Positions 12,843 to 24,528 of a DNA stretch of 38,645 bases are shown piece after piece. How positions within the stretch are numbered: the first letter of the stretch is position 1; the number at the start of each line of letters is the position of its first letter. Under the pieces are notes generated by a model that was given only the letters and a program-made list of their open reading frames with translations, was not told the DNA's origin and made no database searches. The position numbers and the translations under genes are program-made. Origin of the DNA: Thelocarpon superellum (taxonomy: Eukaryota); the NCBI GenBank assembly GCA_026025795.1, contig JAPEUG010000132.1, positions 1-38,645 on the forward strand. Direction: 5' to 3'.

Positions 12843-13968
12843 TCACCACTCTGGGGTCGTGCCGCTGTCGTCGCTCCCCGAGCCCTTCCGTTGTTCTTTC
12901 CTTTTGCCTTTGCTCTTGCCCTTGACCGAGGTCAACGGAGGCGAATCTCCGGGGCCGAACATGCTGTTTCTTGGTAGCTTCCATTTCTGGTTCGATGTCA
13001 GTCTTCCCATAGCCAACGCCGATGACCCTCATCCCGACTTCCTACCTTTTCCTTCACCCACTTCTTGCTTCGAACTGGACCGTTCGAGAATGGCTCGCTC
13101 TCTTCGCTGTCCGCGCTGGACGGTACCTTCTCCCGACGGTGTGCTCGACCTTGCGCGTCGTACGCTGTATACGGGACAGGCATCACGCTTCTGACACCGC
13201 CTGGTCTGCCTAGACCTCGGCGCGAAGGAGTGATCCAATCGCCCGGCTCGACGTCGTCCACGGCGCTTCCAGCCCTCATGTTCCCGTTCGCGTGATTGAT
13301 CGAGGAGTTTTGGGCAGGGGATCCATCGTCGCCACGTTTCGCATTCTCCGAGATAGTCAAGTTGTGGAATCGCAGACCCTTCAAGCCGTGCGGGTCGTCC
13401 GCTGCGTCCTGTCCGTCACGTCAGCCATCCCTCCTGAGTGCAAAGTTCACCGCTCGAGACGAACTTCTTCTCCATCGGAGCTACCGTCGTACGGATTGCT
13501 CAAAGAATCGCTGTCTTCGTCCAGAGCGGTCGCTGTGTCCAAGTTCGTCCTCGAGTGCAATGACACGCAAGAACGGCAGCGCTACACGTCCATGGCGCCA
13601 TGAGCGCCCCTACCTTTCCGATAGTGAGAGAGAAAGTGACCACGTACCGCGTCATCCCCACTCTTGCGCTGCGACTTGCTGAATGCGTCGAGGTTCTTTG
13701 CCTCCTCACAGACGCAGCAGGTCAGCTGGGCAATCTGCTTGCCCGCACAACGTTGGCAGATGGCGACTGCCGTCGTTGGCGTCATCAAGCCACCTTCCAG
13801 AATCAGGCTTGACAGCGTCTCCAGCTGTCGAGGCGAGTACATTTTCTGATTGTAGATCTTTTTGCAGGTTATGCATTTGATCCTGGCCCATGTCCGTCAG
13901 TCTCGTGCTTGGCGCAGGCACGACGAGAGATCTCACCTATCCGGCAACGTGACTCGTGCGAGCCTCAT
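12843..13968 (-). CDS. Stc1-domain tandem zinc-finger protein; exons 13968-13937, 13882-13648, 13581-13465, 13408-13046, 12986-12843. The 5' end is unresolved and may extend to ~14083.
   Basis: Spliced MRLARVTLPDRIKCITCKKIYNQKMYSPRQL...CQRCAGKQIAQLTCCVCEEAKNLDAFSKSQRKSGDDARCRSCV. Four CxxC pairs plus the FSKxQR motif typical of Stc1-domain proteins, followed by an acidic/disordered tail ending TPEW*. Confidence 0.8.
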
Positions 13969-16900
13969 CTTTCCATCAGTCGCTCGGCTCAGACTCAGTG
14001 GGGGGAGGCGAGGTCACGTACGGAGCCACCGTGGTGTCCCTGCCAGACGCTTGGCCCGCGGGAAACGCGGCCGTGGGAGCCATGGTGGAGCTTGGGACTT
14101 GACCATCAACTCAAGAACACCGAGAATGATGTACAAGTCAAGTCCCCCAGTGTATAGACCGAGATATATAATCACGCCAGAGGACCTGTCCTTGTGGCGG
14201 CGAATAGCCGAGACCCCCAGGATCGTGAATGCAACTGCCCAGACAAACCAAGGTCTGGTGTTGTGTTGTTTGCTCTAGCACTGTGACCGTGAACGCAAGC
14301 CTAAGTGTCTGGGGAGGCGCAACATGGCGTGTTGTGTTTATGACATTACCTCAGACGGCAACATGCAGTCACTGCTACAGATGGCTGAAATGTTTTCACT
14401 ATATCTTCTCCAATGTGCCCATGCCCAGGCCGGTGACGTTCAGTCACTGGCATCAGCTAGTAGAGCAAGGCAAATAAGAAACACTGCACAAATGATCGAA
14501 ATAAATTGAATATCCTGTTAACGCGATCTAGCCTCCACTTCTAGGAGGATTCGTCGTGACTAGCTGTTGACCACGGGAGTAATGTAAGATTGCGGCGTGT
14601 CCCACCTGCTGAGTCTAAAGCCAAGTTCTACTGACACAGACACGAGACATGTCGCTGGATACACGGAGGTCAATATTCCGAACAGGCCTTCGGGCACGGA
14701 TGGTGGACAGGGGCAAGATCGCGCGGACCAACACACGAGCCTTTGTCATCCATTTCACGCGGGCAGAATCATGGCGAGGGTCCCTGCGCTACTTTCGGTA
14801 CTTGCTTTCGCAGATGGCAGATGGAATCACAGTTATGAAAGATCGCGCTGCGGGCGCTGCGGGCAGATCCAACTGCCTGACTCGACAACCGAGTCAGGCT
14901 CATTTGCCAGGCGAGACGAGAGCGCTGCATGAGAATCAGTCACTTGTGGATGCTCCGATGGCAATCATGCCCGCTTACCGTCGCGTTGATCTTCGCGATA
15001 ATGAGTAACGTCCGGCTCGGGTCACACCGTCGATCGCTGTCCCATGATGGGCCGTGCACTCGGTCAGCTGCACCTCGACCAACACCCGTTCTCGTAACTA
15101 CTTGAACGAGTGCGTACGAGTCCACCTCGACCATCAATTGCATCATTAGACTTTTATCCACCAGGCAGGGTTTTGCCACCCCGCAAATAGGAGGAACCCA
15201 TTGCTTCCAAGCCCATGACTAGTAGAGGCAATCGGTCTTCCGTACCGACCGTCTCGCGCCCCTGCTTTGCCGTTTGGCCCACCCGTTTGCGTCACTCCAA
15301 CTCCCGCTTGAGACCGGCGCTGGTGGATGGTGCTAAGTTGTCAGCCCGTTCGTTCCCGGCCCGGACGTCGGCAGACGTCGTAGTGCCTCTGGTAGGCTGC
15401 TGTGGGTATCAGGGATCCTATCCTACGCGAGCCGCCCCAGCCAATACTGTGCTCTCTCTGCCGGCTTATCCAGTTTCGTTCCGAAGTAGTCCAGGAACGC
15501 GGCGCCCGCGACCACGGAAAAAACCTGTTTCCCGCGGGGACAAGTACCCGAGACCCCGAGCCAGTCGTCGGGACGATTCAGGAGTCTCGTACCTGTACCA
15601 CCACGAGGAGCTACAACCAACCACAACGCTAGAAACTATCAGTGGACTTGAATGCATGTCACTCGTAAGCTCCCTTCGCCCACCGTCAGGCTTTTGGGTA
15701 CTTTCGTTTCCGAACCACTGGTGCGCGGACCCCTTACTCTGGGTCGCGCAAGCCCACCCCCAGATCTTACGTAAGGTTTCCAGCGGTACCAAATGGATCC
15801 TCGACGATCGTGTTAGGCTGAGCTTTTGGACCAGCGTCGCCGAGGCGTCTTTCCGGAAAATTGGGGCGATTCGAGAGGATCGACGAGATGGGCTCTACTT
15901 TCCACGGCACTCTCTGTATTTGAAGTCATGTAACCGCTCCTCGAGGATGGTGTTCATCTCGTGGGGCAATGCGCCCATGACACCATGCGAGCTGGGGGAA
16001 CACAAACGTGGCGTTCCGTCAGCGACATGTGGCAAGGCGTAAATATGTACTCTCCAACGCCTGCCCTGATTCACTTCTTGCGCGGTGTGGAGAAGGCGAC
16101 ACAGCAGGTACTCGTATTCGGACGCCGACGATGATGTCTTGGCCCACTACGAGAGCGGGAGGACGGATGCGAGTGATGCGCTTCGAGCTGGAAAATATGG
16201 TGCGGACAACGGCCGGCCTATCTGACAGGATGCGACTGGCCTTAGCGCAGGGTCCTTCAACTTGTCCTTCCTCCCTTGCGGTAAGCACCGCAGCGAAATT
16301 AGGTGCATCACTGTGACCTGCTCTCCCACGGCCCTGGCCTGTCGCCGAGTCACGTAACTTCGCTGTTGGACCTATCGATCGGCCCCAGTCGCCGGCCAGC
16401 AGAAGCGAGTTCCAGCACGCCCTGTTCCCACGCGTGCTCGAATCACGGCCGCCGTCGTAATTGACCTTGGCTAGCGTGTTGGTAGCCGCTTGGTTCCTGG
16501 TCGCGGGCGACCCCAATCATCCACCACGGCCACCTTCACCGCGCCAGGACCCTGCTCTCGCACGAGCTAAGCCACGTTGGATGCGTTGGCCACACGCAGT
16601 GTCGAACACGCGTCCCAAAAATCCACGATCTTGCGCCCAGGTAGATTGGAAATCGGGTGCGATCATTTCTCCAACGGAGAGTGAAGATGGATCGAGGGTG
16701 GAAGCCGTGCCTCTCAGTCCCAGGGTGTTCATCGCAATTTGGCGAGCTGCAAGCGGAGAGCTGGTGCTGCCACGCCGCTTCCATCGTCTCGGCCCCCGTG
16801 CCTTCCACGCATCCGGAGCCCGCAAATTACCACGTCCTCGTAGCTCCACGTTAGTCTTCCACGCTTTCCCACACCCCCCCCACACCACCAGCCTCGTGCA

Positions 16901-17566
16901 GCCATTGGGGGGTGTCGGACACCATCGATCATGACCGCACTCGCCCGTCACGCCGCTACCAACTTGCCCTTCTCACTCGTTTCCTGACTCGTGCCGTCAG
17001 GTCCCCCCAGCAGCTCCCTCGCCCGTCGACCAGGGCTCGCGGCCGCCGCTGGACCCACGTTGACTACTGACCCTTTGGCCGGGTACGCTTCCCCGACGGC
17101 CAGTCCACTCTCTCGACCAACAAAGTTTGAATTACCCTCGTCTCGGACGCCACGACTGCCCACCCGAGATCAATCGCGCAGATCGTGCCGCGACCTTAGC
17201 CCACCTCGAGTCCCCCGTCCATGCTCCGCTCTTTACGCCTCGCGCAGTCACCAACCCTCCGGCCTTCGCCCTAAGCATTGGCGAACCGCGGCCGGGTTCA
17301 GTGGCTTGAGCCAAGACGTTTCCGGGCCCTTTGATCGGGAGGTGTCGTGAGAGCGTCCGTCGAGGTCTCGCCGGCGCCAGCAGCACGAGTACGGGTGCGG
17401 GCTGAGCAGTGATGTCCCGACCATTCACAGGCTCGTCCATCTGACAGGGCCGGACGCATACTCCTCGTCCGAACGAGTAGTATCTTGTCCGCCGTCCATC
17501 CACAGACTAGCTGTCTCTCTCAATCCTCCTTTCGCTATCATCGCGCATCAGCGTCACTCCCTTACT

Positions 17567-17667
17567 GTACGTCTACTCTTTGACTGTGCGGGTGCTCTCT
17601 CTGGACGTGACGCGGTTCTTGTCCTGACCTGTCCTATCGACTGACCGTCCGGAAATCAGCCCTACAG
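17567..17667 (+). other. Probable intron in the IME2 5' leader
   Basis: GTACGT donor at 17567, ACTGAC branch at ~17640, CAG acceptor at 17667 (alternative at 17659). Confidence 0.55.
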
Positions 17668-17981
17668 GTTTGGAGCAGCGACCTCTTCGTCGGACCTCAT
17701 CGGTTGCCCTTTCAGGACCTACCGCAGCCTCTCACGAACGACTCCGTAGGCTCAACGGCCTCACTCTTCACCCCTCTTTTCTATCCCGTGGATCGTGTTT
17801 GACCTGTGGTGGGCCCGTTAATTCGCACGCCCACGCTCCTTCGCGACCGGCCAGAGCTTGGGACATACGACCTCTCGACGTTCGCCTGACTTCTGGAAGA
17901 CATGCAATAAGACAAGCATCTCTGCCCACCGTTGTTCAAGCGTCTACGTGGCGACTGGGATCGGACACCGCTGCCGCCAAG

Positions 17982-20599
17982 ATGACCGTATCGTACGAGT
18001 ATCCGTCGCGAACGTCATCGTACGGCCCAGGGCCGGGGTCGTGTCTCGAGGATAAGTTTGAAGTGCTCAAGGATATTGGCGATGGAAGCTTCGGGAGCGT
18101 CACATCGGCTCGAGTGCGGAGTGGAGGTGCTCACGTCGCGCGTCGAGGCACTGTCGTATGTTGGCCCCGCGTCACGATGCCGAGAAGATTGGAGAAATTA
18201 ACCCACAATTCTTCAGATTGCCATCAAAACGATGAAGAAGACATTTGAGTCCTTCGCCCCGTGTCTGGAGCTTCGCGAGGTCATTTTCCTCCGATCGCTG
18301 CCCACGCATTCGCATCTGGTCCCTGCCTACGACATCTTCTTGGACCCGATGAGCAAGAAGCTGCACATCTGCATGGAGCACATGGATATCAACCTCTACC
18401 AGCTCATGAAGGAGCGTGATCACAAATGTCTCGATGGCGCTAGCGTCAAGAGCATCTTGTACCAGATCCTCAGCGGCCTGGCACATATCCACGCACATCA
18501 CTTCTTCCACCGGGACATCAAACCGGAGAACATCATGGTCACCTCCTCGGCCTCGCACGAGTCCAACATGGGATTCCGACGATACTCGTCGCTGGCCACC
18601 CCTCCTGCCACTCCGCCCGTCTACAGCGTCAAGATTGCCGATTTCGGCCTGGCGCGGGAGACCCACTCGAAGATGCCCTACACGACCTATGTGTCGACGC
18701 GCTGGTACCGGGCCCCGGAGGTCCTCCTGCGTGCGGGTGAATACTCTGCGCCTGTCGATATCTGGGCGGTCGGGGCTATGGCCGTCGAGATTGCCACCTT
18801 GAAGCCGCTGTTTCCCGGTGGCAACGAAGTGGATCAAGTATGGCGCGTATGTGAGATCATGGGCAGCCCGGGCAGCTGGTACAGCAAGACGGGCGCCAAG
18901 GTGGGCGGTGGGGATTGGCGGGAAGGCACCCGGCTGGCGTCCAAGCTCGGCTTTTCATTCCCGAAGGTCGGTGTTCTCCCCCGCGATCACCGGACCCTCG
19001 AACCCAAGACTGACATGTCGACAGATGGCGCCGCACTCCATCGACACGATCCTGCAAGCCCCCCAATGGCCGGCGGCGCTGAGCCAGTTCGTGACGTGGT
19101 GCCTGATGTGGGATCCTCGGAATCGTCCGACCTCAACGCAGGCGCTCCGTCACGAATACTTCATCGACGCCATCGATCCCTTGCGACCGCGCTCGGCCAC
19201 GTCGCGTACCGTCAGCCGCAAGCAGTCCGATCTCAGCCACCGAGCGAGCAAGGAGGCAGCGGAGGTGGCGCCGGTGCTGCATACGAAGTCCTCCTGGTTC
19301 CGTAAGTCCCTTATCGGACGCGAGAGCGCGCCCGCGGTACCCCAGCACACGGTGGAGAAGAGTCCGACGTTGTCACGGCCATCGCCCACGCTCGTACCGT
19401 CGGCTCAGAATCGGGCTGTCGCCTCACAAGGACGGTCGCAAGGACGACCGCGGGTGGACAAGCGCGCCACGTGGGCTAACGGCCCGTTCACCTCCAAGGC
19501 CGCGCCTATGCCGCTCCTACCTATGCTTCGACCTATCTCTCCCTTGTCGGACCCGGTCACAGCGCAGGCAAATCGACGGAACAAGAAGGACGGAATGCGA
19601 GGCGATCCGAGCGCTGATGCCGCACGCCGGGCGGTGATGGACGAGAAGACAGCCAAGAAGATTGGTCGGCAGCTCTCCGTCGCTTCACATGGGAATCATT
19701 ACGCCGAGGTGCACCGGCAAGAGGCAGAACGCGCGCTGAATGGCACTGGCGGCCTCATCTCCCCGCCCGGGGGACCAAAGGAAAGCTTCTTCTCGCACCT
19801 ACGGAAACGGGCACGACGACTCTCGGGTCGACATCAGATCCCCATCTCCCCGAGTGTGGATGACGTCGAAGCGAACGCAGGTTGTGGCCCGTGGTCGAGC
19901 ACTCGGTCGTCGATGGTCTTGGACTCCCCCTCGATTTTGTTCGCGACCGGCACGGGCGAGTTCCAGGACACGGACGCCGCCCTGCACAATGCGCGGGGGA
20001 GCGCCGACGCGAATCATGGTAATGCTCGGTACGCGGCGAATGTTTCGAGCGAGCAGGGAGCGAAGAAGCGACATCACGCGCTCCCGTCCGGACCAGCGGC
20101 TCGGGGGGCGGAGAATGTGTTGAACTCGACCGGCACGGGCGGTCCGGTGTCGGCGCGGACCCGGCGGGGGTTGCAAAAGAATGGGCACCCCGGCCATCGA
20201 TACGAGACGCCGGACGAAGAAGATGAGCTGCTCAACGAAGTCATCACGTCGGCGCACAATGCGGCTCACCACCTCGAGCGGACGCCTTCGGAGGAGAAGT
20301 CGAGGCGCATGCAGGCGACGAACAAGGACCCTTATCGATCGCCGCTGCAGCAGTCGGCGCCGAACATGGGTGGGACCAATCCCTATCCAACGCCGTCACC
20401 GTCCGCCAAGCGCAACAGCGTGCACTTTGGGCAGAGTCAAGCATCGATCAAGCCGGTGCCGACACCGATCGAGATCAGCAAGACGCCCATCCACGACGCC
20501 ATGGCGCGCGCCGCGTGGCCCACTCCACCATACGAGGAGAACGAGTGGGCTGACGCGGCGGCCGCCAGCATCTTCGCCGCCGGTGCCGCGTATCGATAG
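17982..20599 (+). CDS. IME2: Ime2/ImeB/Crk1-family (MAK/ICK-like) Ser/Thr kinase; exons 17982-18155, 18217-18966, 19025-20599
   Basis: IGDGSFGSV, IAIKTMKKTFESFAPCLELREV, FFHRDIKPENI, KIADFGLARE and the TxY activation loop YTTYVSTRWYRAPE. Long C-terminal tail ends WPTPPYEENEWADAAAASIFAAG. Confidence 0.95.
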
Positions 20600-21399
20600 C
20601 GGCGCGTCAAGCCCCTGATCACCCCCTGCGGTCCACCCTCTCCTCCTCCCTCATACGCAAAGCGTCTCTCATCTTCTTTGTTGCGTTGCAGGAGCTTAGT
20701 CTCGTGTCCATCACTCACGGTTGCATCATCGGTTGGGCCACAGCCACGGGCGTTATTGACTGTTGGCCTGCCATTGGCCCATCTCTCTTCATTCGGCATT
20801 TACCGCCATAATCTGCTTGCATACCCTACCAAGCCTTTTCCACCTTGCTTTTGACATGGCCGCCGTGGCCCTCTCTTATCTGGCTGTATCCACTGCTTAA
20901 TCTTATTCGACACCCCCCCTTTGACTCTCTTGGTGGCACTCTCCTGGCTTGCACATCGCGAACTGTATCATAGATCGAGCGACCGCTAGATGGTCTCGGA
21001 CGGACGTAATCAACTCCATGTCAGAAATGGAAACACGCTGCTCGGCAGACATCATCTGGCGCTGGCCAATGCGGGGTAATCGCTGGTGATGCATGGTGAC
21101 CGTGGATCGGCCATGTATCATGGTCACCACTTGCAAGCACGCACCTGATGCTGCAGCTGCTTGCGAGGATGGACCTGATGCGATAAAATTGGGCGTGGGG
21201 ACGAGGACGAGGGGCGCAAGCGAGTTCACCCCTCCAGACGGGAGGCGCCCTGGTGCCGTTCCGACGTAGTCCGGGTAGCCACATTGTCGACACCCCGCGT
21301 CCAGGCGTCTTTGCAAATCATGATGAACTCTCCTCACGCGTTGCACGATTGGTACGCGGATCGGGATCGAGAGCGGCAGGCGTACATGCCTCATATTTC

Positions 21400-22189
21400 A
21401 TGCCTCCCATCGAGCCGGGTGCCAATTGCGCGCCCTCGTCTTTGGTCACGACAGAGACCGGAGACGCCGCCAATGGAGCCGTTGAGTTACGAGTACTCGT
21501 ACGTGAGGCGCCCGCGCCCGCCGCCACGGCCGCCCACTCGAATCCAAACCAGGCGGATGACGCCATCCTGCCACGACCACCGGGCCCTGATGAGCTCCCC
21601 GACGATGCATCGGCCACGCCGCCCGGTCCTCGGCGACCTTTGCGACGGTGATGGGCGGCCCACATGGCCGTCTCTTGTTCCCACGAATTAGATCCTCGGG
21701 ACTTTTTGGGTACGGGGGCTCTTGTCCCCTTCCCCACTGGGCGCGTCCCTGCCGTGCAAGCTCCACGGTCGGAATCTCCGCAGCCAGGACGCCGCGCTGA
21801 TGGTATGGCCGGGCAGCGCACGAACGGACTTTCCTTGCCTATCTTCGTACTTCGCTGGCGCTGGTTGTGGCTGGCGTTGCGGTGGCGCAACTCTATCTGC
21901 TGTCGGCGGGAAGCAATCCATCGATTCGCATCCGATTCCAGGGCGCTGGCGCTGGGATCTCGTGCGCGCTGATCGTCGTCGGCTCGCTGACGGTTTCCCT
22001 TGGGGCTTGGCGTTTTGTTCGACAGCAGGCAGCCTTACTGAATCGGAGAGCCATTGTCGGAGGGTTTGACGTCATCGGCGTGGGGGGGCTGACGTGTTTG
22101 GCATGCCTTCCCTCGATCTCTTTCCGTTGCGGTTCTAACGACGGGCGCAGGCGATCTTGGCTCTGTTCGTCATCGCCCTCTTGGAGTAA
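21400..22189 (+). CDS. DUF202-family small membrane protein with an in-frame TGA at 21649-21651 (alternative start ATG 21664); exons 21400-21709, 21817-22100, 22151-22189
   Basis: Spliced DPRDFL/AHERTFLAYLRTSLALVVAGVAVAQLYLL...GAWRFVRQQAALL...GGLTCL/AILALFVIALLE*. This is the DUF202 ERTFLAxxRT signature with three hydrophobic helices. The second intron has a GC donor. Functional status is uncertain. Confidence 0.8.
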
Positions 22190-23052
22190 ATCTTTATTGT
22201 TCTTATATGTTTTCTCCGCGTTACTCGCAGACTCGGCCATGGCCGTGACACGATCTAGATGCTATAACTCCGCGCCGCCAAACTCTGCAGACAGCTCTGT
22301 TACCCAGTTATTGTAATAGGCTATCTCGGGGGAGGTTGTAGACGGTGGACCAGGATTGAGCGTCCCCCCACTTCTTGATGGCGCTGCTGAATCGATTAGT
22401 GGAGGGTCTAGCGTCTGTCTCCACTGTGTCCCACTTCCCGCTCGGGTCAGATCGATGCTCGCACACAGGGCCGATGATAGCGCGGCATGTTTTCGCTCTG
22501 AGCCTCGCCCTGGCCCAGGAGGAGCCTTCTCAAGATCTGAAACATCTGTGCGTGGCTTTGGAGGCCGGTCGGATTGCTTAGCTGCAGGCCAATCTGCAGG
22601 TACGGGGCGACGACAAGGGTTCGAGTGATGTTCGCATCGGACCTGCACGTGCACGCCGCTACGATAAGACATGAGGCTCTCGACCCTTAATGCGGAGCAG
22701 GGTGGAGGAGTGTGGAGGGGGAGCAGGAGAAGGAGAAGGCGTGCACGCGCGTGACGATCAACCGGGTTCCTTTGCGCTTACATGCGAAGGATCGCTAACC
22801 TTCTGGGGGCCCTCCACCCCGGCATGGCATTGTTTAAGCTTCTGATCCTGCACTCGGTGTGGGAGGCAGGAGCATGAAATGAGGCAATTTGTGCCACGCC
22901 CAGAGCAGGAAATGTCATGAGGACTAAGATGAGGCGTGAAGTGTTTGGTCAAGTACATAATCTTCGTGGGCAACAACGATGGCGTGGAGGCGTACGGTGT
23001 CATCAATTTGCGAAATCTGCCCCGCCCGGGACTGGGAGGCCGAGCACACACG

Positions 23053-24528
23053 ATGTCGCCCATTCTCTCGATCGGCCGCTTGTCGACCGAAGTTCTCTTT
23101 CTTCTCCTCCTGACCACGCTCTGCATCCCCCGAGTGCACAGCTACAACTCTGTCTGCCGAGGCGACCTTGGCTTCCAGCTGGTCAAAGCCCAATGCGAGG
23201 CCGCCCTCGATCTGATGCCACACGAATCCGATGTTCGTCATTACTACCAGGGTCAGCCAAAGCAAGAAAGCTCTGACTATTTCCTTCCCCACACATATGG
23301 GACCAGAAGTCAGTCTCTCAACACGAGGTCACTCGAGCTCTGCAAGACCTGCACGATGCACACAGTGAAGCTGCGGCTGCTTCGGATGGAACTTCAGCTG
23401 ACATCTCTAGGCTGTCGAATCACCGTGACCTTGCACTCATCGAAGACGCCACAAGAAGACTATGCGGGATATGAGATTGCCCCCGCTGATGTGAAGGCGG
23501 CAGCTCAGGCGATTGTCAATAACTGCGTCGGGGTTAAAAGGGAGGGGGGCTTCAATATCTTTGGAGAAGCTGCGGTAGTGGCGCAGATCGTAAATCATGG
23601 GCTCCATCCGGAGACCTCAAACAAACTAGGTACGTCATCGGTCGGAGAGGTCACGATGTTGTCGTTCAACTCTCTACCTCCGTCTTGTGTGGGCTGATCC
23701 TCGCCACTCCTATTCGGTTGCCCGTGGTCGCATCTGACATGTTTCTAGACATTGCCAACTATCTGACCGTGACCGTCCACGGGAAAAGAAAGCCGTCCGA
23801 CTTCGAACAGTCAGCCGACGGCTATTTCTACTTCCCACAACTCCTGTTGCGCGAACTGCAGCAGTATGAGGGCGTGGGCAAAGGACCGGTCAACGATGCG
23901 GCGGCTGCCATCAAAGGGGCCCTGCGGCGTGGGAAGTTCAAGAAAGAAAAGCCTTGGTTTACACACTTGCCGCTTTATGCGCCTCCGACGCATGTGGGAC
24001 ATCGGTGTCTACAAAGCTTGGGGCAGCCCAACGGCACTGACTGTGACAATCTGATATCCAATCTTGATTTTGCACAGGCCCAAGTGTCGGGCAGTACGCA
24101 CTGGATCGAACAAGGTTAGGCTTGGCCGCCGCGCGATGCTCTAGAAGAATCGTGGCTGACGTGAAGGCACATAGGATCCTGTGGCATCTCCATACGCGGC
24201 CCATCGTTTATCGATCCCAGGGACTTTGGCAACCTCCGAGGTGGAGCGGCATTGCTCAACGCGGATTGTGTTGATGGGAGTCGACTTCATACCGGCGGCA
24301 TGCTCTTCGCCACGTCAGGAATGGGCAGACGGGACGAGCTAAGTACGAGCACTCTTCTGCCGGCTGCGTTACCGCCGCCCACTGACGTGCACCATCGCAA
24401 CTATAGGTCCTCCTATCACCAATTTCACCACGACCAATATCTCTTCTGTCACCAATGCTACGAATGGGACAGCGCTTCCATCGAAATACTCGATTTTGAT
24501 CTACGAACCTGGGAAAACACAGCCGTGA
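23053..24528 (+). CDS. Secreted cysteine-patterned protein with two tandem 4-Cys domains; exons 23053-23308, 23411-23629, 23749-24114, 24175-24342, 24407-24528
   Basis: Signal-peptide-like N-terminus (VLFLLLLTTLCIPRVHS). Four frame-consistent GT-AG introns with CTGAC branch sites. Repeated Cys pattern and a cluster of NxT/S sequons in the last exon. Confidence 0.75.
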
